A stretch of 59,882 nucleotides of DNA, the filler included. It is 7 parts of 7 records of this genome, joined end to end, with 100 filler letters (N's around TTAATTAATTAA, not from the genome) between each part and the next. Parts side by side here need not be neighbours in the genome. Positions count along the whole stretch, not along the records: positions 48,823 to 54,402 come from SRR31156797_20867; positions 54,503 to 59,882 come from SRR31156797_20877; 5 more parts are not named here. The stretch is one strand, 5' to 3'. Position numbers and translations under genes: made by a program. The stretch's first letter is position 1. Each line of letters begins with the position of its first letter. Positions 48,824 through 57,566 of the stretch are shown piece after piece. The notes beneath the pieces were generated by a model, which ran no database searches, was not told the origin of the DNA, and worked only from the letters and a program-made list of their open reading frames with translations.

Positions 48824-49906
48824 ATGAAAAAAACAGCGGTTTTATTAGCTGGGTTATTACTAGTTACAGGTACGGTATTCGCAGAAGGTTGGTCAATTAC
48901 TGAGGCTAACGTAGAAGGTTCTTTCTATATTGTTGACACTCAAAATGGTATGAATATGACTAATGGAGATGTTGATTTAGAAGTTGAAACTTCAAAAGAT
49001 CTTGGAGATGGAAAAACAGCATACATCGAATTAAATTTTGACGAAGATACTGAATCTGATATTGATTTCGGTTTTGAAGTAACAGAAGGAGATTTCTTTG
49101 CTGCAATTGGTGCTCAATTAGCATTAGTTGATGCAGATTCTGATTCAGATAACAGCGATGCTGCAGCATTTGAATTAAAAACTAAAGATGGAGACTCAAC
49201 TTACTTAGGTTGGTATGTAATGGGTTCTGAAGATATGAAATTAACAGTATATCCTTATGAAGTAGCAGATATGTCTTGGGATAACGATACTTGGGAATCA
49301 TTTACAGAAATTAATGATGGTGGTTTCGCTTTAGCAATGACTTTAGCTGAAGATACTACAGCTACATTTAAATGGGCAGTTAAAGATAACACAACTTCTG
49401 CAAATGTAAATGCATTTAAAGCTGAATTATCAACTAAAGTATCAGGTGTTTCACTTGACGCTTACTTAGGACTTGTTCCAGAAGTTGATGAAGATACAAC
49501 TAAGCAAGATGGAATCACTGCAATGGGTGTTTATGCAACTATGACTATGGACGCATTAACTGTTAAAGGTGAGTTCAACTCATCTACAACTGGTGACGAA
49601 GATGCAGCAGTAGGAATGTACGCTAAAGCAGCTTTAGCAATGGATGAAATGAATGGATATACTCCAACTGCATATGCTTCATTCAAAAATCTTAACGAGC
49701 AAGCATTAGTTGCTGATGGAAATTCAGCTTACGGAGAAACTTATACTGAACTTGAAGCTGGTGTTGGTTTAGCTCAAGGTTCATTTACAGTTACTCCAAA
49801 AATCGTAATAGGAACTGCTGATAAAGAAGCATTTGCTGTAAATAACGATACTGATACTGAAAAAACATTCACAAAAATCGGAGTTACTTTCGGTTACGAT
49901 ATGTAA
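48824..49906 (+). CDS. Putative major outer-membrane porin-like protein
   Basis: Signal peptide (VFA|E), alternating beta-strand pattern, C-terminal IGVTFGYDM, strongly biased codon usage, own terminator. Confidence 0.7.
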   Translation: MKKTAVLLAGLLLVTGTVFAEGWSITEANVEGSFYIVDTQNGMNMTNGDVDLEVETSKDLGDGKTAYIELNFDEDTESDIDFGFEVTEGDFFAAIGAQLALVDADSDSDNSDAAAFELKTKDGDSTYLGWYVMGSEDMKLTVYPYEVADMSWDNDTWESFTEINDGGFALAMTLAEDTTATFKWAVKDNTTSANVNAFKAELSTKVSGVSLDAYLGLVPEVDEDTTKQDGITAMGVYATMTMDALTVKGEFNSSTTGDEDAAVGMYAKAALAMDEMNGYTPTAYASFKNLNEQALVADGNSAYGETYTELEAGVGLAQGSFTVTPKIVIGTADKEAFAVNNDTDTEKTFTKIGVTFGYDM

Positions 49907-49925
49907 TTAAATTTCTTTAAATATT

Positions 49926-49956
49926 AAGAGAAGCGGACATCCGCTTCTCTTTTTTT
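49926..49956 (+). terminator. Intrinsic terminator
   Basis: AAGAGAAGCGG-ACAT-CCGCTTCTCTT followed by a T run. Confidence 0.9.
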
Positions 49957-50057
49957 AGTTTTAATATAAATATTTAATCCTAGATGTTTCGAACTGTGTA
50001 GTATCTTTTCTGCGACTGATTTTGCTGATAAGTTATTTTAAGTGAATCTGGCAAATT

Positions 50058-50087
50058 AAAAAGATCAAAGATTTAATCTTTGATCTT
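50058..50087 (-). terminator. Intrinsic terminator of the beta-barrel gene
   Basis: AAGATCAAAGAT-TTA-ATCTTTGATCTT with a U run on the minus strand; abuts the stop codon. Confidence 0.7.
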
Positions 50088-51402
50088 AGAAGTCATATTT
50101 AAAATATAAAGTTAAACCGCTTAATAGCGCCGTTTCAAGAAGTTCTTTGTTAGAATCGGAATCATCGTCAGTTGAGTCGTCTAAAGAGACTGATTTAGCC
50201 TGTGAAGCTGATTCACTTACTTCTGATTCATCATTTGCATATACAGTGTAATCAGTAGCTGTAAATTCAAAATTATAAGCTATAGGGATTAATTTATTAA
50301 GTCCTAATGATAAATTCCCGAAGCGTCTTTCAATATTGAAATCAAATAAAGCGTAATATATATTTCCCGGTTCTAAACTTCTTTTATCATACTCTGTTTT
50401 TTCTATATCGCTTAGCAGTACATTCTCATAATAATCTTTTCTTTTTAAGTAATAAAACTCAGTATTTTTGATTAAACCAATATTTGAATTAAATTTTATT
50501 TCAAAATTATTAATATTCTTTTCAAATGAATACTGAAGATTGTATATATCGATTTCTCCATTTAAACTTAATTCGATCTCTTCATGGTCATCTGTAGCTA
50601 ATATAACAGCCCAGAGATTATCCCAATTAATAAAAATAGTCGTATCAATGAGTAGTTTACTGTATGATAGTGTATAACTCCCTCTTCCTAAGTAAATAGT
50701 TTTAATAGATCCTGATAGGTTGCCTGCATCAAGCACATCAATTTCGTCTTCTTCATTTTCTTGAGTATAATTAGTAGTCATGTCGCCGTTTGCATAATAG
50801 TTAATATAACCAATTTTATAATCCTTATACTCGAACTCTAAACCTTGGTTAGATATATATGAATCATCAGAATTTATATCAATTGAAAACCTTGAAAGAG
50901 TTCCATTGAATTTATAATCTTCTTTAACACTTCTACCGATATTATATTTTAATTGATAGTCTTTATATGGTATTTTAAATGTATGATTTATATATGAAAA
51001 ATCATTTTCCTGAAAAGAAAAATATTGGTTATTATTTCCAATATTAAAAAGTGTCCACTCGAATTCACTAATATCAAATGAGAAATCAATTCTTTCAAGT
51101 TCATAATAGGGAGATTTAAATTTAAGAAATAATCCTTTTGGGTCACTCTCAATATTTCCTGAATCTAATTTATAATTGAATGATGATATATCTAAATATT
51201 CAGAATTTAGTCTATATTCTTTTCCAGAAGCGTTATAATTAGTATATTCAATTATATTATTGGATCGATACTCGATACTTTTCTCCGTATCAAACCAAAG
51301 ATCAGACCAAAATTTATTGGTTGGTTCAACTTTTTTTGTTGTCTCTGAAGAATATACAGACCAATATATAAAAATAAAAATAAAAATAATTGATTGTTTC
51401 AT
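50086..51402 (-). CDS. Hypothetical outer-membrane beta-barrel protein
   Basis: Signal peptide, Tyr/Phe/Asn-rich beta strands, BAM-type C-terminus LYFKYDF. Confidence 0.65.
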   Translation of the reverse strand: MKQSIIFIFIFIYWSVYSSETTKKVEPTNKFWSDLWFDTEKSIEYRSNNIIEYTNYNASGKEYRLNSEYLDISSFNYKLDSGNIESDPKGLFLKFKSPYYELERIDFSFDISEFEWTLFNIGNNNQYFSFQENDFSYINHTFKIPYKDYQLKYNIGRSVKEDYKFNGTLSRFSIDINSDDSYISNQGLEFEYKDYKIGYINYYANGDMTTNYTQENEEDEIDVLDAGNLSGSIKTIYLGRGSYTLSYSKLLIDTTIFINWDNLWAVILATDDHEEIELSLNGEIDIYNLQYSFEKNINNFEIKFNSNIGLIKNTEFYYLKRKDYYENVLLSDIEKTEYDKRSLEPGNIYYALFDFNIERRFGNLSLGLNKLIPIAYNFEFTATDYTVYANDESEVSESASQAKSVSLDDSTDDDSDSNKELLETALLSGLTLYFKYDF

Positions 51403-51413
51403 AAAAACTCCTT

Positions 51414-51447
51414 AAAAAAATCCCCTCTCTTCTAAAGAGAGGGGATT
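51414..51447 (-). terminator. Internal terminator between the lipoprotein and beta-barrel genes
   Basis: AATCCCCTCTCT / AGAGAGGGGATT stem plus a 7-U tract that abuts the next RBS (AAGGAG). Confidence 0.8.
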
Positions 51448-51469
51448 CAAAGTTTAATTAATTATATGA

Positions 51470-53464
51470 TTATAAAGAATAACCAGAAGAAGTAAGTCCT
51501 GCTTCCATTTCAGTAACTTCTGCTTTAAGGTTTGTAATTTCGCCTGCATCAGCACTAAGTAAGTTTGATGTATTCGAAATATCAGTACTGTCATACACAG
51601 CTTTGATATCTTTTAAACCAGCCTTTAAGTAAGTAAGTGAGTCATAGTATTTATCTGTTGAAGGCATAGAGCTGTAATAAGTAACGTGTATAGGTACTTC
51701 TGCTGCATATTCAGTTGGAGTGTATCTGTCTCCAGTTGAATTTATATAGTATTCAGCATAAGCAGCACTAACTCTATAGACACCTAAAGCAAGTCTTAAA
51801 TGAGCTTTTGTAAGGAAAGCATCTTTAGTAAATATAGTAGTAGTATCCTCAAATTCTACATATATATCAGCTTGATATTTAGCTTTTGCATTTGCAAGCT
51901 GTTTTTCAATATTTGATAGAACAGTTTCAATTCTGCTTTGAGTAATAGTTGAGTCGTTTTCGTATGATGAAATAATTACTTGTAATTTGCTTGCAATTTC
52001 TTCAAAGTTATCATAAGTAATTCCGTCATCTAGACTACTAACTGATCCACTAGGTGGCAAGATATAGTTTGCAAGAACTTTTGCAAGTTTAGCCTCAGCA
52101 GCATGAACTGTTGATAAGTCTCCATCAATTGATTTAACTTCTTCAAGAGTACTTAATAGAGAAATAATTGAGTCAATATCTTTTGCATTTCCTGTTTTTT
52201 CAATTGCTATTTTAGCATATAAATTCTCAGTAAGTGTAGTAGATTCTTCATCTTGCACAGCTGCAATAGCTTGTGTAAGCTCTTTTGAAATTGTCCATGT
52301 ATATTTAGTTGGAATTTCCTCACCAGTATCATCGTTATCAACTTCTACATCTTCTATTACTACAGGCACAACAACAGGAACAGTTACTTCAGTCAAATTA
52401 TTTTCATCTTTAACTGTTTGAACTGCAGTTTCAACAGTAGTTTCAATAATAGTTGAAATTTCAGTTGTAATATTAGTAATCTGTATTTCAATCACAGTTT
52501 CAATATTGACTATATCAGTAGTGTCAACTGTCCAAGTTGATACTGTAGTTGCAATAGTTTGAATTGCTGTCTGTACAGTAGTATTAGTTGATGCAGTTTC
52601 TGCAGTTTCTGAAACTAAATCACCTAAACTAGTTCCAAATCCAGTAGTATCAATAGTTTGTGTAGATACAGTTGTTCTAGTAGTACCAATTACAAGGTCA
52701 ACAGTAGTTTCAACTTCATTAGTGAAGCTTAACGGACTATCTTGAAGAGTAGTTATTGTACTAAGATCAAATGTGATATTCATTGTAGATTGAACTTCTC
52801 TGTCAGTTCCAGCTGACTCAGTATCAGTGATGATTTGAATAGCTGTAGGTCTACCATTTGAATCAGTAGTAACCGAACCTAATTCATTGTCAGAAATTAC
52901 TTTTGCCATAGCTCTAAGAGCACCTGCATTAAACTCTTCAGGTTTAAGAATCCCCTCAGTTTCAGCCTGAGTTTTAGTTTTTAGTGAAACAATTTCACCG
53001 AAATCTTTATCAGGATTTAATTTTGAAGCAATATTTGAAGCAACAACTGTTGTTTGTGAAGTATCAACAGCTATATTGCTCATAGTTAAACTTTCAGTGA
53101 TTGTTGAAACCTCTCCGCTAGAGCTTCCTACTTGCAGTTCAATTTGTGGGAAAGAGAACTCGTCAAGTAACTTAAAGTTATAAGAGTTAGATGCATTAAG
53201 TCCTGTAAGAGTAGCAGAACCATTATCGATTTCTGCAACATAGAAGTCTTCTTCATCCCCTACGTTGATTGCCGTAACAAATTGAATTCCATCGATTCCC
53301 GATTCAGCTAATTTCGCGCTTTTCGTAGTATCAGTAAAAGAAAAATCAACACTAATTGTATCGTCTGTACCATCAGTGTCAGTAGAGCTACTTCCAGCGC
53401 TACCGGTACAAGCTGTAAGAAGAGCAATGGTAAGTAAAGCTAGTAAAATTTTAATACTTTTCAT
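51470..53464 (-). CDS. Large acidic Thr/Ser-rich lipoprotein of unknown function
   Basis: LTAC lipobox, Ser/Thr tether, central T/E/V/I-rich low-complexity region, helical C-terminus; RBS AAGGAGG. Confidence 0.75.
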   Translation of the reverse strand: MKSIKILLALLTIALLTACTGSAGSSSTDTDGTDDTISVDFSFTDTTKSAKLAESGIDGIQFVTAINVGDEEDFYVAEIDNGSATLTGLNASNSYNFKLLDEFSFPQIELQVGSSSGEVSTITESLTMSNIAVDTSQTTVVASNIASKLNPDKDFGEIVSLKTKTQAETEGILKPEEFNAGALRAMAKVISDNELGSVTTDSNGRPTAIQIITDTESAGTDREVQSTMNITFDLSTITTLQDSPLSFTNEVETTVDLVIGTTRTTVSTQTIDTTGFGTSLGDLVSETAETASTNTTVQTAIQTIATTVSTWTVDTTDIVNIETVIEIQITNITTEISTIIETTVETAVQTVKDENNLTEVTVPVVVPVVIEDVEVDNDDTGEEIPTKYTWTISKELTQAIAAVQDEESTTLTENLYAKIAIEKTGNAKDIDSIISLLSTLEEVKSIDGDLSTVHAAEAKLAKVLANYILPPSGSVSSLDDGITYDNFEEIASKLQVIISSYENDSTITQSRIETVLSNIEKQLANAKAKYQADIYVEFEDTTTIFTKDAFLTKAHLRLALGVYRVSAAYAEYYINSTGDRYTPTEYAAEVPIHVTYYSSMPSTDKYYDSLTYLKAGLKDIKAVYDSTDISNTSNLLSADAGEITNLKAEVTEMEAGLTSSGYSL

Positions 53465-53600
53465 GAAATAAACCTCCTTGAATTTTTATTTATTTTATTT
53501 ATGAACTAACGATATTAAACTGAATTAACTAAAAATAAAAAGCTCAGCATTATTATATACGGAAAAGCTTGCGAATTCCTTTAAAAAAATCTTATTTTTT

Positions 53601-53637
53601 ATTAGGGTATCCTAATAGGAAATCCATGTATTGTCAA
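53601..53637 (-). promoter_or_regulatory. Sigma70 promoter with a palindromic operator over the -10
   Basis: Minus strand TTGACA (53632-53637)-N17-TAGGAT (53609-53614); palindrome ATTAGG-GTAT-CCTAAT at 53601-53616. Confidence 0.7.
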
Positions 53638-53648
53638 GTGATTTAATA

Positions 53649-54191
53649 CTAATGGAAATTTACTTGTTTTAGTTTTTTCGAAAGAATGAAATCATATGGT
53701 AAAGCAAGTATACCTTTATTATTATCAATATCAATATTTAATGCTTTATGATATACATTCCAGATCCATTGAGAGCAATAAAATCCTGATTCATTTTTCT
53801 TATTTAAAACAATTTTATATTTTTTATCTTTGGATTTAAGAACTTCTGCGAGAAGTCTATTTTGATTTTTGATTGTATGCTTATAACCTCTTAATACAAT
53901 GGCTTTTCTATCTTTTTCATCCTTAATCCATGAATCAAAGTTGATAAATACACATCCTTTTCCAGGTTTAGGATATTCAGCCATTTTTTTATATTCTCTA
54001 ATATATATGGCCGAATGCCCAAAAATAGAATAAATATTAGGTCGAATATTTAAAATGATGATGTCACCAGTTTTTAATTTTCTTTGATCAATTTCCTCAA
54101 TATTTATCCATTCTAAATTTCTATAAGAGAATATATTGATTGATATAAATATAAAAGGAGTTATTAATAAGAATAAAATTATTTTTTTCAT
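53649..54191 (-). CDS. Permuted papain-like NlpC/P60 amidase (YiiX/YebB/YycO family)
   Basis: GDII...FGHSAIY precedes FYCSQWIW (His-before-Cys permutation); ends LPYDF. Confidence 0.88.
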   Translation of the reverse strand: MKKIILFLLITPFIFISINIFSYRNLEWINIEEIDQRKLKTGDIIILNIRPNIYSIFGHSAIYIREYKKMAEYPKPGKGCVFINFDSWIKDEKDRKAIVLRGYKHTIKNQNRLLAEVLKSKDKKYKIVLNKKNESGFYCSQWIWNVYHKALNIDIDNNKGILALPYDFILSKKLKQVNFH

Positions 54192-54358
54192 ACAGGATAC
54201 CTCTTTTGAGACTATTTGAGTTTATACTAAATTTTATCACATTTCAGTTATAGAATTCAAATAAAATATGGTGAATGTGTGATTTTATTTGTAATAAGGC
54301 AAATTTTTTTTGTATAGTTTAATATAAGGAAGTTTTGTAAAATATATGAAATTTATGG

Positions 54359-54387
54359 TTGACATCACATTGTATTATTGTTATAAT
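54359..54387 (+). promoter_or_regulatory. Perfect-consensus sigma70 promoter at contig end
   Basis: TTGACA-N17-TATAAT with extended TG. Confidence 0.8.
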
Positions 54388-54402
54388 ACCTGCAAATAAA
54401 AA

Positions 54403-54502
54403 NNNNNNNNNNNNNNNNNNNNNNNNNNNNNNNNNNNNNNNNNNNNTTAATTAATTAANNNNNNNNNNNNNNNNNNNNNNNNNNNNNNNNNNNNNNNNNN
54501 NN
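54403..54502. other. Artificial contig-joining spacer
   Basis: 44 N + TTAATTAATTAA + 44 N. Confidence 0.98.
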
Positions 54503-54772
54503 ATTTTATTTTTTGTTACGTATAAACAGGAATAGTCCTAAGTTACAGGATTTCTAACGTAGTTAACCTTGCCAGCACGATCCTCTACCATTTCGATAAA
54601 GCGTGTCCCTGTAGCTCACAATAGTATTATCCAATTTTACAATCGGTTAACAGCAAAGCTGTTACCAGTTGCGACGATTACAGTTTCCCTCTTGATATAT
54701 TGTCAGTCACTTAAGCCAGGTGTCAAATCGAAACTTACTCTCGCTGGTCAAAATCTATACGTTACAGGCTTA

Positions 54773-56176
54773 TCAACTCTGGATCAGATTATCCAGCCTC
54801 TGTGCCATCTCACTCAGCTCTTCTGCATTTTCTTTGAGCACCCCACTGCCCGTAGCCATATCAACAACAATATTGTTTACAGAGCTAATGTCACTTGAAA
54901 CGCTCGAAGAAACAACCGCGCTTTGGGAGACGTTTTCATTAACTTCCATTAACCCTTGTGATACCTGTGCTACGTTACCGGATATTTCTGCGGTAGTTGC
55001 CGTTTGCTCTTCTATTGCTGTTGCAATGGTGGAAACTATCTGGTCTATGTCACCAATAACCCGTGTTATTTCACCAATCCCCTTAACGGAATCTTCGGTA
55101 GTTAATTGAAAGGCATCGACGCGTTCTTTAATTGTACTAGCTGCTTCAGAGGTCTGCTTTGCCAACTCTTTTATCTCATTAGCAACAACGGCAAATCCTT
55201 TGCCAGATTCACCTGCTCTTGCAGCTTCAATAGTGGCATTAAGGGCGAGGAGGTTAACTTGTTCGGATATTTCTGATATGTCCTCAACTACTTTGCCGAT
55301 TTCTGATACGGATTCACCGAGCTTATCAACCTGTACAGAAGTATCGGCGGCGTAAGCGACGGCTCCTTCTGTTATAGAGCGGGCTCTTTCTGTATTTTCA
55401 GATATTTCATTTATGGTGGCTGACATCTCTTCACCTGCTGAAGCTACCATACTCACACTGGAGGTTGATTCCTCCATCGCGGAAGATACACTATTCATAT
55501 TAGTCGACATCTCTTCTGATGAGGCTGCGAGCGACGACGATCTTGCTGATATTTCATCAGAGTTGACAGATTGTTGACGGGCAAGCTCAAGTAAGGTTTC
55601 TGACGTTGGAAGAAGAATTTCAACAACTCCTTTAAGCTGTTTTATAGCGTCAACATTCGTGACAAGCTCCACATGCCCGATCTTCCTACCACTATCATCG
55701 GTGATATAGTGTGTGTCAACCTGCATGTAAATGCTAGGTTGATTTGGGATAGCCTGGTTGTAATGGGTTCTGGGCTTTCCGTTACGCAAACAGCGTATAC
55801 CACAGTTTTCCGTTTCGCATATATCAGCTTTCCAGTTAGAACAATGTTTTCCTATAACGTTCCTCTTGTTTAAATTATGCTGTGCCAGCAAAGTTTCCGT
55901 TACCTTATTAACAAAAACCCACTTCATGTTCATGTCTGTTGTGGTTATCGGTAGTTCGAGAGCATCCAAGGATCCTTCCAGGTAAAAAATCAACCGTTGT
56001 TTTTTGTGGTGTAAATAAAGAAGAAGTACGTTGGTGGCGAAGAGAACTCCTGAGATAAGTAAAATCTGATCAGTGCTTGGTGTTTGTGCCCTGTAAGATT
56101 GAAATAGTTTAAAAAGGACAACAGCCAGAAAGATAATCCATAAGGCATTTTTTATTCGATGGGAGATCTTAAACAT
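54773..56176 (-). CDS. Methyl-accepting chemotaxis protein with a cytoplasmic Cys-rich PAS domain
   Basis: 2 close TMs, PAS ([21 protein letters not shown]...), MCP hairpin tip [34 protein letters not shown]. Confidence 0.93.
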   Translation of the reverse strand: MFKISHRIKNALWIIFLAVVLFKLFQSYRAQTPSTDQILLISGVLFATNVLLLYLHHKKQRLIFYLEGSLDALELPITTTDMNMKWVFVNKVTETLLAQHNLNKRNVIGKHCSNWKADICETENCGIRCLRNGKPRTHYNQAIPNQPSIYMQVDTHYITDDSGRKIGHVELVTNVDAIKQLKGVVEILLPTSETLLELARQQSVNSDEISARSSSLAASSEEMSTNMNSVSSAMEESTSSVSMVASAGEEMSATINEISENTERARSITEGAVAYAADTSVQVDKLGESVSEIGKVVEDISEISEQVNLLALNATIEAARAGESGKGFAVVANEIKELAKQTSEAASTIKERVDAFQLTTEDSVKGIGEITRVIGDIDQIVSTIATAIEEQTATTAEISGNVAQVSQGLMEVNENVSQSAVVSSSVSSDISSVNNIVVDMATGSGVLKENAEELSEMAQRLDNLIQS

Positions 56177-56302
56177 CAGTATTCCTCTCTAGCAAAAAAT
56201 ATATTTGTTTTAGATTTATAAAATCAGTGTATCACACAGAGTGGCATTACCAAAAAAAAACGGGAAGATTATTTTTTATTAGCAGCTCAGGACAATGTTA
56301 AT

Positions 56303-57362
56303 TGTGATTACCAACGAACTTCAGCCAACTTTAAAAGGTGCTGTGGCATTGGCGGTGTCCGCATTGCTACATATGCCAGCCGATCAACCATGGTATGCAA
56401 TTCAAATCTCCGATTGAATCGATAGCAGAATTCTGCAAGATACCGTGGCAGGTGGTTTTGGCTTACTTGATGGTAAGTCCCATGTAACGAATTTTTAACA
56501 TTACCGATCATGACGTTGACCCATTTAAAAACACCAAACTCATCATACCCATTGTCTGTGCGGGAAATAATTGGTTCGTGCTCACAGTCAGCCTCCTCAA
56601 CACCGGGGAAGCAGTTGAGGCCGTCTGATACCACCAGTGTATTAGGGCTAAGGTGTTTTTTTGCCCACTCTGTCAGTTCGTCCTTTGTGAACCCGATAAC
56701 CTTACTCAAACGCATTTTGACAGGGTGCCCTTCTTCGGTTAGTGAAATTGATGCCACAAAAGGTGTTTTGCCTGTCGCTCCACGACCTCGAACCCCATCG
56801 TTTTTCTTTCCGCCCCAATACGCGTCGTCGATAACCACCAGCTCGTTCAACGGTTTAGAATCATACCTTTCTTTCATCGTCTGCTGGAGCTTATGTTTAA
56901 TGCGAAGTGCGGTATTGGCAGATACTCCAAGAGTGCGACCGAGGTGCAATGAGGAAATACCGGTTTTGGCTTGGGTAATAGAGTATATCGCAAGGAACCA
57001 CACAGTAAGCGGCAATTTGGTCGATGCAAATATGGTCCCGGCAGTCAAGGATGTTTGAGTATGGCAATAATTGCACTGAAGAAGCTTTCGAGATGCAATT
57101 TGGCAATGGCCAGTATGTCCGCACTTGGGACATACAAAGCCCTGCGGCCAGCGGAATGTAAACAGAGCTTGGTAACATTTCGATTCATTACCGTACTGGG
57201 TGAGAAAAGCTGTCAAACTCAAACCTTTTTGAAACTGAATTGGATTCTTGGCCATGTCTTAATCTCCCGTTCATTTTGGTCTTGGATGATTATGACATAG
57301 CGGGTTAAGCATATAGTGACTAACCCCCAAATAAATCTGGCTGAAGTTCAGTGGTAATCACG
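56303..57362 (-). mobile_element. Complete IS1595-family insertion sequence (1060 bp)
   Basis: TIRs (T/C)GTGATTACCAnnGAACTTCAGCCA at both ends; 8-bp TSD ATGTTAAT at 56295-56302 and 57363-57370. Confidence 0.92.
56308..57255 (-). CDS. IS1595 family transposase
   Basis: Zn ribbon (CPKC...CNYC), HTH, IDDAYWGG, VSDG, GNVK, YLAEFCYRFNRR; stop codon lies inside the TIR. Confidence 0.95.
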   Translation of the reverse strand: MAKNPIQFQKGLSLTAFLTQYGNESKCYQALFTFRWPQGFVCPKCGHTGHCQIASRKLLQCNYCHTQTSLTAGTIFASTKLPLTVWFLAIYSITQAKTGISSLHLGRTLGVSANTALRIKHKLQQTMKERYDSKPLNELVVIDDAYWGGKKNDGVRGRGATGKTPFVASISLTEEGHPVKMRLSKVIGFTKDELTEWAKKHLSPNTLVVSDGLNCFPGVEEADCEHEPIISRTDNGYDEFGVFKWVNVMIGNVKNSLHGTYHQVSQNHLPRYLAEFCYRFNRRFELHTMVDRLAYVAMRTPPMPQHLLKLAEVRW

Positions 57363-57566
57363 ATGTTAATTGCGGCCAATGATGGTAGTATTTTTGTGGC
57401 GTAACGAGATTAGTAGACTATTGGAAACATTTTTCCCTTCTCCGAGCCTTTTATATACGATTGAATCCCGATAGTATGAGCCGAAGCCGCACGATTTAGG
57501 CTTAATCGACCGGATCTTATGCAATATTAATATGGAAAACAGGGTCATACTAATAATGAGGGCCAA

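Noticed and set aside
52330-52860. Repetitive-looking DNA in the large lipoprotein gene
   Set aside because: It reflects Thr/Val/Glu low-complexity coding; I could not define a discrete repeat unit.
54503-54772. Region downstream of the MCP gene and the 109-aa ORF 54569-54898
   Set aside because: No c-di-GMP riboswitch motif seen; the ORF overlaps the MCP antisense and has no recognisable features.
56510-57058. 182-aa antisense ORF inside the IS, and other antisense ORFs such as 14296-14721, 37097-37504, 47298-47696 and 54720-55109
   Set aside because: Shadow ORFs opposite well-supported genes, with no recognisable motifs.
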